Shown piece by piece: positions 13,001 to 20,157 of a stretch of DNA of 35,595 nt; within the stretch, counting starts at the first letter, position 1; each line of letters opens with the position of its first letter. The translations under genes were made by a program, and so were the position numbers. Source of the DNA: an uncultured Campylobacter sp. Lineage in GTDB: Bacteria; Campylobacterota; Campylobacteria; Campylobacterales; Campylobacteraceae. The notes under the pieces are model-generated. The model worked only from the letters and a program-made list of their open reading frames with translations. It was not told the DNA's origin and searched no databases. Location of the stretch: the NCBI RefSeq assembly GCF_938045535.1, contig NZ_CALIMQ010000004.1:1-35595 (forward strand), in the 5' to 3' direction.

Positions 13001-13391
13001 GGTCGCAAAAGCCAAGCCCGAACTCAAGATCATCCTAAACTCTGCGTATAACGAAAAGTTCGATACTCACGAGTTTAAAAGGCGCTCGCTGCAAAATACC
13101 CTCACGCTGATGTCTAATAAACAAGGCCTCTCCTCGGATGAAGCCATAGCGGCGCTTAAGATCAAATACGGCATCAAATCCGGCGGCGATGAGGCGATGG
13201 AGGAGCTGATAAGCGCGCAGAAATTTACCCGTTCGCGTCTTGATGAGTTAGCCCTTGCCAGGGCGACTGCCGTGCAAGCGGCACTCGTGCAGCGCGGCGT
13301 AAGCGCATCTCGCATAGAGATCAAAAAACCGAGCGAAGCGGAGCTCAAACAAAACAGCTTTATCCCGCTAAGCCTCGGCGTAGAGAGGTAG
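10029..13391 (+). CDS. DUF748 / AsmA-like large envelope protein with OmpA-like C-terminus
   Basis: N-terminal TM (FALFYVLAGFFGVP), FNPFTYEL and R-x3-G-x-FNF repeats, LPIGLVVSILKDSDDQIDISLPLSGTLSDPKFS signature, C-terminal LALARATAVQAALVQRGVSASRIEI; the start is uncertain (10017 or 10029; the ORF-track TTG at 9975 lies upstream of the -10 box). Confidence 0.85.
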   Translation: MKNFFIKHWRKFACGVGGFALFYVLAGFFGVPLFIEKALPKILEGKASFSVQDAKFNPFTYELNVTKPELSTFKPLFSADEINLKIGFSKLFKKTLAVEILHLKSPKFHVEREQNGTFNFEPLLSEQKSESKDENSSFNVTLNNFKIERGSLGYVDNSLKRPFSLISTELNYEINGLNLKDETIGEHDLSAVSRTYDALSFDGAIDLAPLRLHGKVDISRLKIDPFWLSYLDPSGVRFKNGFFSATLNYRLSLDENIKFALENSKLELQSLEILQDQSLISLGSLKIPSFELNTDVSNEISGKVVIPQVLVSGAKYDMGETKISTGFEGARVADFALDFNKTGANLRLNSAVKSVDLNRSSFANPQISVVSNDTKITGNFLKFNAEGNDTALHTGFGTFSIADTQITLARSDKISLATTELGAFSYDKEGVQNGVSLEFAKISNSKIANKNGIFSGFESFGVQGVKFNVADLDLGVDKILLNEPFFNSEVGVNGAKSINDLAILSAISKNHASFKKTASAGDANPTDVNSTASGANLNPKKPVKSPALKFKIGEASVTGAKAKISESFIVKNNVHEIKDFSATLSGLSSNFAEPFGIKASLITGEITASADGKASIAPLNVGVNFSLNAPNLGVFNKYMAEFITGSIAGELATQGQLKLSNAFSLEAKLSGKGLALSSGRDKIFSLASLNVAQIALSPNSLTLNKIALSSPAANISLNKGRRLNLTSLIKPAAQLKQTAKPTEAVPSRPAKSNANFAWSVKNISLNGGSLNFTDESLATPFKLRISDMKASISEISPKRAADIKLSSLVSGSGLASITARAYPLDFKRKSDINVVLKEIPLAPASPYTAKYIGNEIAGGKLNLKLAYKIDDGKLNASNDLNLDRFELGKEVASKDALSLPIGLVVSILKDSDDQIDISLPLSGTLSDPKFSYGALVWGAVKKLLSDIVLSPFRFMGKIAGVDTKKLESIDFEAASSEILISENSKIDDLAKVAKAKPELKIILNSAYNEKFDTHEFKRRSLQNTLTLMSNKQGLSSDEAIAALKIKYGIKSGGDEAMEELISAQKFTRSRLDELALARATAVQAALVQRGVSASRIEIKKPSEAELKQNSFIPLSLGVER

Positions 13392-13406
13392 TGTAAGCAA
13401 AATTTG

Positions 13407-13414
13407 GCTATACT
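13407..13414 (+). promoter_or_regulatory. Putative sigma70 -10 box for dapB
   Basis: gcTATACT about 28 nt upstream of the dapB ATG, preceded by a T-rich tract. Confidence 0.5.
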
Positions 13415-13441
13415 AAGCGGATTAAAATTTAAGGAGCGGCA

Positions 13442-14203
13442 ATGATGAATATAGGAATTCACGGCGGAAGCGGCAGAATGGGCACGATGATCTACGAGTG
13501 CCTGAAAAATTTCGATCAGGCGCGAGCAAGCGTGATCTACACTATCGCTCCGCTTGATTATACGCCGAACTGCGCCGTAACGAGCAGCTACGACGAGCTT
13601 TTTAGCGGCTGTGACGTCGTGATAGACTTCACGATCCGAGACGGCGCGATAAGCTTAATGAAATTTGCGCTTTCGCACCCAAAGCCGCTTTGCATCGGCA
13701 CGACGGCTCTGGGCGAGGAGGGCGAGCGGCTACTGCGCGAATGCGGCGCGAAGATGCCCGTACTGCACGCTACGAATATGAGCCTGGGCGTCGCGGTGCT
13801 AAACAAACTCGTAGCGCTTGCCAGCAGGAGCCTGCGCGACTTTGACTGCGAAATTTTAGAGATGCACCACCGCCACAAAAAAGACGCCCCGAGCGGCACG
13901 GCGATGAGCCTTGCCGGGAGTGCCGCAAGTGCGCGCGAGCTAAGCTTGAAGGACGTGCGCATAAGCGGTCGCGACGGGCTCATCGGCGAGCGCGGCAAGG
14001 ACGAGATCGCCGTGATGTCGCTGCGCGGCGGCGATATAGTCGGGCGCCACACCGTGGGGTTTTACGGCGAGGGCGAGTTCGTCGAGCTAAATCATACAGC
14101 GACTTCGCGCGCGACCTTTGCCAGAGGCGCGATAAAGGCAGCGGTATGGCTAGCGCCCCAAAATAGCGGGCTTTACGGCATCGACGACTGCTTAGGAATC
14201 TAG
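13442..14203 (+). CDS. dapB: 4-hydroxy-tetrahydrodipicolinate reductase
   Basis: GGSGRMG Rossmann motif, [21 protein letters not shown] signature. Confidence 0.97.
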   Translation: MMNIGIHGGSGRMGTMIYECLKNFDQARASVIYTIAPLDYTPNCAVTSSYDELFSGCDVVIDFTIRDGAISLMKFALSHPKPLCIGTTALGEEGERLLRECGAKMPVLHATNMSLGVAVLNKLVALASRSLRDFDCEILEMHHRHKKDAPSGTAMSLAGSAASARELSLKDVRISGRDGLIGERGKDEIAVMSLRGGDIVGRHTVGFYGEGEFVELNHTATSRATFARGAIKAAVWLAPQNSGLYGIDDCLGI

Positions 14204-14231
14204 GCTTTGCGGCTAAATTTAAGAGGAAAAA

Positions 14232-14423
14232 ATGCCAACCAAAGATGAAATTTTAAATTTTCTGCGCGAGCCCAAGCCCGAGCTTGAAATCTTTGGAATT
14301 TACAAAGTCGGGCTATTCGGCAGCTACGCCAAAGGCGGAGCGAATATCGCCGAGAGGTTTAAAATTTCAGCCGATCTATTTGATGAGGCGCCGGCAAAAT
14401 GCCGGACGGCAAGCCGTCAATGA
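14232..14423 (+). pseudogene. Internally deleted minimal nucleotidyltransferase (MNT/MntA-like antitoxin) remnant
   Basis: MPTKDEILNFLRE..GIYKVGLFGSYAKG is a typical MNT N-terminus, but the S-D-x-D metal-binding segment is absent; only 63 aa, and no adjacent HEPN gene. Confidence 0.7.
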
Positions 14424-14475
14424 TAAAACAAAATATAGATAAATTTCTAAAAAATAAAATTTAAGAGGTTAGAAA

Positions 14476-15822
14476 ATGTGCGCAATCGTGGGAGTCATAA
14501 ATTCCGAAGGTGCGGCTAAAACCGCGTATTACGGGCTTTTTGCCATGCAGCACCGCGGCCAGGAGGCAAGCGGCATCAGCTCAAGCTTCAACCATCACAT
14601 CAAAACGATCAAAGCCACGGGGCTCGTGACGGAGGTTTTTAGTCCCGCGAGTTTTGAAATTTTAAAAGGCAACATCGCGATCGGCCACAACCGCTACGGC
14701 ACCGCGGGCGCAGACAGTCTAAAGGACGCACAGCCCGTTGCCGGCAACTACGCTCTAGGGGAGATCTCGATCGTTCATAACGGAAATTTGATCAATAAAG
14801 ACGAAATTCGCCGTAAGCTCGTAAGCGAGGGCGCGATCTTTCAATCTGGCATGGACACCGAAAATATCCTGCATCTCATCGCACGCAGCAAGCAGGAGCA
14901 TCTAAAAGACCGCATCATCGAGGCACTGCAACAGTGTGTGGGCGCGTATTCGCTTCTGATTTTAAGCCGCTCGAAGATGTTTGCCGTGCGCGATCGCTAC
15001 GGCGTGCGTCCGCTCAGCATCGGCAGGCTCAAAGACGGCGGTTACATCGTCGCGAGCGAAACCTGTGCTTTCGATCTCGTAGGAGCCGAGTTCATCCGCG
15101 ACGTGAAACCCGGCGAGATGGTGATCTTCGAAGAAGGCAAGGATGAGTTCAGCTCGGTTCAAATTTTAAAAGCCGCAGAGGCTAGAATTTGCGCGTTTGA
15201 ATACATCTACTTTGCGCGCCCCGACAGCGTCGTAGAGGGCAAAAACGTATATGAGGTCAGAAAAAAACTGGGCGCGGCGCTCGCGCGAAAATGCAAAGAG
15301 CTAAAGGCCGATTTCGTCGTGCCCGTGCCCGATAGCGGCGTGCCGGCGGCGCTTGGTTTCGCGCAAGAGAGCAAGCTGCCCTTCGAGATGGCAATCGTGC
15401 GCAACCACTACATCGGCCGCACCTTCATCGAGCCTACGCAAGAGGTGCGAAATTTGAAGGTCAAACTCAAGCTGAACCCGATCGCGGCGGCACTGCACGG
15501 CAAAAGCGTCGTCGTCGTGGACGATAGCATCGTGCGCGGCACCACGAGCAAAAAGATCGTCGAGCTTCTGCGCCATGCGGGTGCGGCGCACGTGCATATG
15601 TGCATCGCAAGCCCGGAGCTAAAGTATCCCGAGCGCTACGGCATCGATACGCCGAGCGTGCGCGAGCTGATCGCCGCAAATATGAGCACGGATGAAATTT
15701 GCAAATTTATAGGCGCCGATAGCCTCACGTTTCTTAGCGTGCCTGAGCTCGTAGAAGCGCTTGGGGGCGAGCGCAAATACTCGCTCGTAAGCTTCGACGG
15801 CGATTATTTCATCAAGGATTAG
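14476..15822 (+). CDS. purF: Amidophosphoribosyltransferase
   Basis: N-terminal MCAIVG (Ntn Cys), QHRGQE, GHNRY, CAFEYIYFARPDS, VVDDSIVRGTT PRPP motif. Confidence 0.98.
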   Translation: MCAIVGVINSEGAAKTAYYGLFAMQHRGQEASGISSSFNHHIKTIKATGLVTEVFSPASFEILKGNIAIGHNRYGTAGADSLKDAQPVAGNYALGEISIVHNGNLINKDEIRRKLVSEGAIFQSGMDTENILHLIARSKQEHLKDRIIEALQQCVGAYSLLILSRSKMFAVRDRYGVRPLSIGRLKDGGYIVASETCAFDLVGAEFIRDVKPGEMVIFEEGKDEFSSVQILKAAEARICAFEYIYFARPDSVVEGKNVYEVRKKLGAALARKCKELKADFVVPVPDSGVPAALGFAQESKLPFEMAIVRNHYIGRTFIEPTQEVRNLKVKLKLNPIAAALHGKSVVVVDDSIVRGTTSKKIVELLRHAGAAHVHMCIASPELKYPERYGIDTPSVRELIAANMSTDEICKFIGADSLTFLSVPELVEALGGERKYSLVSFDGDYFIKD

Positions 15823-15842
15823 CAAATTTAAAGGAGCAAACT

Positions 15843-16199
15843 ATGACAAAATTTAAAATTAAGCGCGTCTATGAGAGCGCGGAGGAAGAGGATGGTTTTC
15901 GCGTGCTTTGTGATAGGCTATGGCCGCGTGGCATAAAAAAAGACACGCTGGAGCTTGATATGTGGGCAAAGGACATAACGCCTAGCACCGAAATACGCAA
16001 GCTTTTCGCGCATAAACCTGAGAATTTCGCCCATTTTAAGGAGCTTTACCTAGCCGAACTTGAGCAAAATCCCGCCGTAGCTGAATTTTTGAAAAAGGTT
16101 AAAAACGAGCCGGTCGTCACGCTGCTATACGCCGCAAAGGACGAGCACTGCAACCACGCGATGATTCTGCGCGATTTTCTGCAAAGCAAGGTGCACTAA
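15843..16199 (+). CDS. DUF488 (YeaO-like) family protein
   Basis: IKRVYE...DGFRVLCDRLWPRGIKK, WAKDITPSTEIRK, VTLLYAAKDEHCNHA. Confidence 0.92.
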   Translation: MTKFKIKRVYESAEEEDGFRVLCDRLWPRGIKKDTLELDMWAKDITPSTEIRKLFAHKPENFAHFKELYLAELEQNPAVAEFLKKVKNEPVVTLLYAAKDEHCNHAMILRDFLQSKVH

Positions 16200-16673
16200 A
16201 ATTTTGCGCTCAAAGCGCATTGCTCGCCATATTTTAAAGCAAATGTAAAACCGCCTCGATCACCAAAATCCACTCGTAAAACCAATGCGCGAGGCGTAAA
16301 ATTCAGCGAACAGGTGTGAGCGGAGTGCTTTTAAAGCCTTGCCAGACGCGATTTGAGATAAATTTTCTATCCGGATGTACACTTTGCAAATGAGCATAAA
16401 ACAAACGCTAAATTTTGCGCCAGAACTCTAAAAAAACGCAGAATTTTATAAAGAGCAATAAAATTTCAAGGAAAATAACTCGATTTAATATATGCAAATT
16501 TAGAATTTCATCTATTTTTTAACGCTACTTTTAATAATGCAAGCTAGGAATTTAAAAAGTGGGCTTAATATAAATTCGCAACAAATCAAACTAATTTCTT
16601 ACATGCAGCATTTTTAAATTTCATTTAAGGATTTGCCGCTAACATTGCTCGTAATTTTTTACAAGGAGAAACA

Positions 16674-17099
16674 ATGGCAATCAGTGCTAGAAATCAGCTT
16701 CACGTCGTAATCAGCGACGTAAAAACAGGTGCGGTAAATTCGCTAATCACAGCTAAAACCAGAGGCGGCGACGTGCTAAAAGCAACCGTGACGGTTGATT
16801 CTGAAAAAACTTTGGATTTAAAAGCCGGCAAAGAGGCAGTATTTTTATTCAAAGCCCCAAGCGTCATCATCTCCAAAGGCGAGAACGATCTACGCTTAAG
16901 CGCGACCAACCAAATAAAGGGCAAAATCACTGCCGTTAAAGAGGGCGCGGTAAATGCCGAGATCAGCGTCAGAAGCGCCGGCGGCGAAAATTTAAGCGCA
17001 ACCGTCACAAACGAATCGGTTAAAAATTTAGCGCTTAAAAAAGATGATGAAGTAACTGCAATCATCAAAGCTACTCAAATCATAGTCGGCGTAAAATAA
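16674..17099 (+). CDS. Tandem TOBE/Mop-domain molybdate/tungstate-binding protein (di-Mop, ModG-like)
   Basis: Two repeats: ISARNQL...GAVNS...FKA and LSATNQIKG...GAVNAE...IIKA. Confidence 0.9.
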   Translation: MAISARNQLHVVISDVKTGAVNSLITAKTRGGDVLKATVTVDSEKTLDLKAGKEAVFLFKAPSVIISKGENDLRLSATNQIKGKITAVKEGAVNAEISVRSAGGENLSATVTNESVKNLALKKDDEVTAIIKATQIIVGVK

Positions 17100-17154
17100 T
17101 CAGGCGTAACGGTGCGTGCTATAGCGATGCGCGCGCTTTAAACATCACAAAATC

Positions 17155-17185
17155 AAGGAGCAAAATTTTATAAATTCTGCTCCTT
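17155..17185. terminator. Probable intrinsic (possibly bidirectional) terminator after the Mop gene
   Basis: AAGGAGCA-AAATTT-tat-AAATTC-TGCTCCTT hairpin followed by a pyrimidine tract. Confidence 0.65.
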
Positions 17186-17737
17186 CTTCAAAAATCTCTT
17201 TTGATAAATCAAATTTCGTAGCAGCTCAAATCGCGCTATAAGTGCTCTTTTCTCTCATGCGCGCAGATACACCCCGCGCGGCGACATCCAGCCCCAATCA
17301 CACCAAGAACGGTCTTACCTATTTTACCTTTTACCGCAGTGCGCATTTTGCGCAGGCTTTGCATCTATGCAGCACGTAAGCCCACTCACGCGAGATATTT
17401 ATGAAACGCAAACTCGCTCTTGCCCCGCTCGCTCGCTTATAGCAATGCGCTTTCATATTTTACGCGCTCGTGACACGCCGCCGCTTTACGCAGTAGCGAC
17501 CGATCCTCGCGTAAATGTCCACACTGAAAGTATGCCGATCTAGATCATATCGGCACGCACTAACTGCGCCCGCCGATAGATAGCAGCACGGACAGATCAT
17601 CGAACCGATCACCTCGCCCTAAACCCGAGCGTTTTTGAGCTTTTACCGATCGGCTCGTTAAAAGGCGTGGATTCCGCGAATAAAATCACTCTCCTAAAAT
17701 TTTGGCTCGTAGCCGCGGATAGCGGGCATTTGCTTTG

Positions 17738-18286
17738 CTAAATTTGATACTCGCCGGGACTCAACTCGCCTCGTAAAAGCTTACCAAAGCGTGCAGCTGC
17801 GGCATATACGGCATCGTCGCCAAACTCGCCCGGCTCAAATCCACTGCTGATAAACGGCACGGCAAAGTCCATCCCGCAATAGTTTGCCGTGATCTTAAGC
17901 GGCGTTAAAATTTCATCCAAGCTAAAGCCGATAGCGCCCTGTTTGGAGTATTCGCCAAGCGGAGTGCTGACGCTTAGCGCAAGCTGCAAGACCTTGCCTT
18001 TAAGCGCGCCGGAACCCACCAGCTCATGCGAAAAGACGATATCGATATAGGCTTTTAGCATAGGCGGCACGTTTAGCCAGTACATCGGGTACAAAAATAC
18101 GACGCGCTCGGCAGCCGCTAGCGCGTCTTGCTCTGCGCGGGCGTCTATGCGCGCGATATCTAGGCCGTAAAGCCCCTCCAAATGGCGCACCTTAGCGTCC
18201 GCGGCGGACTTTGCTACCTGCGACAAGGCTTTGTTTACGCGCGAGGCGGCGAAATTAGGATGCGATAAGATCACGAGCGTTTTCAT
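17738..18286 (-). CDS. NAD(P)H-dependent oxidoreductase, flavodoxin-like fold (KefF/KefG/MdaB-like)
   Basis: KTLVILSHP...SRVNK, AEQDAL, LYPMYWLNVPPMLKAYIDIV, LKGK. Confidence 0.9.
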   Translation of the reverse strand: MKTLVILSHPNFAASRVNKALSQVAKSAADAKVRHLEGLYGLDIARIDARAEQDALAAAERVVFLYPMYWLNVPPMLKAYIDIVFSHELVGSGALKGKVLQLALSVSTPLGEYSKQGAIGFSLDEILTPLKITANYCGMDFAVPFISSGFEPGEFGDDAVYAAAARFGKLLRGELSPGEYQI

Positions 18287-18654
18287 GTTATTTCCTTTGT
18301 TAAAATTTGCAGAATCATATCGTTAAAAAGCTAAAAGTAGATTAAGAGGACTTGCGAAAGCGAGGCGTTATTTTGCTTGTGAGGAATGGGATTTGTGAGG
18401 CGCGATAGATACGAAGCGCTCTCGTACCATACTGCCTCAAGGCATGTGCAACAAAATGTTTTTATGCGTGCCGCAAAGCAAGCCCCTGACCCGCTCTTGT
18501 TGTCTGGAACGATCTCACTTGCGATCCACCCGATCGCGCGCAGCTGCGGCACGGAGCAAAATTTCATCCAAGCAAGGATAAATTTATGAAAAAAGATTAA
18601 AATTTAGCTGCAATTCGGGCTACGAGACCGAAAATTTCAAAAAAAGGACACGAT

Positions 18655-19182
18655 ATGCAGAGAAAAACACAGATCGAAGGCGAGTTCAGCGCAGAGGATC
18701 GCGAGCGCAAAATCACGCTGCAAGCAGGAGATGCGGCGCCCGAGTTTAGCTTGCAAAACGCCGACGGCGCGAGCGTCGCGCTAAAGGACTTCGCGGGCAA
18801 GCGGGTTGCGCTGTATTTTTACCCCAAGGATAACACCCCCGGCTGCACGACCGAAGCGTGCGAATTTAGCGCCGCGTACGATGATTTCATCGCCGAGGGT
18901 TGCGTGATCGTCGGCATCAGTCCCGACAGCGCCAAATCCCACGCGGGCTTCATCGCCAAGCAGAGCCTAAAGCACATCCTGCTGAGCGATCCGCAGCACG
19001 AGGTAGCCAAGCTATACGGCGCATGGCAGGTACGCAAAAACTACGGGCGCGAGTATCTGGGCATCGTGCGCTCGACCTTTCTGATCGGTGCGGACGGCAA
19101 AATTTTGAAAGTCTATAAAAGCGTCAAGGCAAAGGATCACGCCGCAAAGGTGCTCGCGGATCTGCTAGCTGTGGGGAAATAA
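18655..19182 (+). CDS. bcp: Thioredoxin-dependent peroxiredoxin Bcp
   Basis: YFYPKDNTPGCTTEACEF peroxidatic motif, GISPDS, IVRSTFLI. Confidence 0.95.
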   Translation: MQRKTQIEGEFSAEDRERKITLQAGDAAPEFSLQNADGASVALKDFAGKRVALYFYPKDNTPGCTTEACEFSAAYDDFIAEGCVIVGISPDSAKSHAGFIAKQSLKHILLSDPQHEVAKLYGAWQVRKNYGREYLGIVRSTFLIGADGKILKVYKSVKAKDHAAKVLADLLAVGK

Positions 19183-19240
19183 AGCGCTAGGCGGCGTTTT
19201 GAAGCGGGGCTCTGGCGTATTTGAGCGCTAAGCTTTAATT

Positions 19241-19345
19241 ATGAAATTTATGCACTGAAATTTGCTACGGAATTTCGGCGTCAAATTTAAGCGTCGAAAT
19301 TTCAGCATTAAAATTTTGTCTTGAAATTTTGCCTCAGAATTCTGC
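19241..19345. repeat. Degenerate tandem array of eight 12-14-bp units, each centred on RAATTY
   Basis: RAATTY starts at 19244, 19258, 19270, 19283, 19297, 19311, 19324 and 19337, separated by GC-containing spacers. Confidence 0.8.
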
Positions 19346-19436
19346 TTCTCATTTGAAAATTGAATTTTAGGCAGAGCTATAACTGCAATTTTAGCGGCAA
19401 ATTTATCGCCCCAAAATAAAATTTTAAAGGAAAAAT

Positions 19437-20009
19437 ATGAAAAACTTAATCATTTTAGCCCATCCAGACATTAAAAATTCGCTCATAAACAAGCGCTTTT
19501 TGAAAGAGGCCGCCGCGCAAAGCTTCACCGTGCGCGACCTAGCGCGCGAGTATCCTAGCGGCGAAATAGACGGCGAGCGCTAGCGCGCGATAATCAAAGC
19601 CCACGACGCGCTGGTGCTGCAATTTCCGCTGCATAATTTCTCCTCGCCCGCGATTTTAAAAAGCTGGATCGATGCGACGATGACGTATGGGTTTGCCTAC
19701 GGGCGCATGAGCGAGGGCATGCGTAGGCGCGCCGTGGCGCTGGCGGTGAGTGCGGGTATCAAGCGCGCCGACTACGCACCTAGCGGGCGGTATCATTTCA
19801 CGATGGAGCAGATTTTAGCGCCGTTTCAGCTCGCATTCCGTTACTATTTTCATGCCGACTGGCGCGGATTTTTCGCGTTTTACGGCGCCGAGGAGACGCC
19901 GGGCGTCGATTACGAAAGTAGCGCCGAACAGATAGAAAAAGGCGCGGCGGAGTACGCGGAATTTTTAAAAAATTTAGGCACAAAAAGCGGCGCGGGTAAA
20001 AAATTTTAA
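19437..20009 (+). pseudogene. Flavodoxin-fold NAD(P)H oxidoreductase (YwrO/KefG-like) interrupted by an in-frame TAG
   Basis: ATG 19437 (AAAGGA SD): MKNLIILAHPDIKNSLINKR...YPSGEIDGER*RAIIKAHDALVLQFPLHNFSSPAILKSWID; the stop is codon 49 (19581-19583), in the same frame as the downstream ORF. Confidence 0.85.
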
Positions 20010-20157
20010 ATTAAAACAAGCGTTTTGCCTGTAGCGAGTCTACTCGCATATATCTTGATAAAAATTTTATGCTAAAAGGCAAGCCCTCATTTTAGAGCTA
20101 AATTTTAAAATTTAAGCCGCCTTTATCTAGCCCGCAAGCTAGCTCAAAGCCCACTCC

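Noticed and set aside
17687..17703. 17-nt exact complement (CACTCTCCTAAAATTTT) of the rpmJ ribosome-binding region (21592-21608) as an antisense RNA seed
   Set aside because: It is composed of the common RAATTY+SD string, and there is no evidence of a + strand transcript, so coincidence is more likely.
19241..19345. Periodic array as a CRISPR
   Set aside because: The units are only 12-14 bp with a 6-bp core, there are no 23-47-bp repeats with unique spacers, and no cas genes.
19581..19583. In-frame TAG as pyrrolysine or programmed readthrough
   Set aside because: It aligns with a family Glu codon (one substitution from GAG), all other TAGs here act as normal stops, and no pyl genes or suppressor tRNA are in the window.
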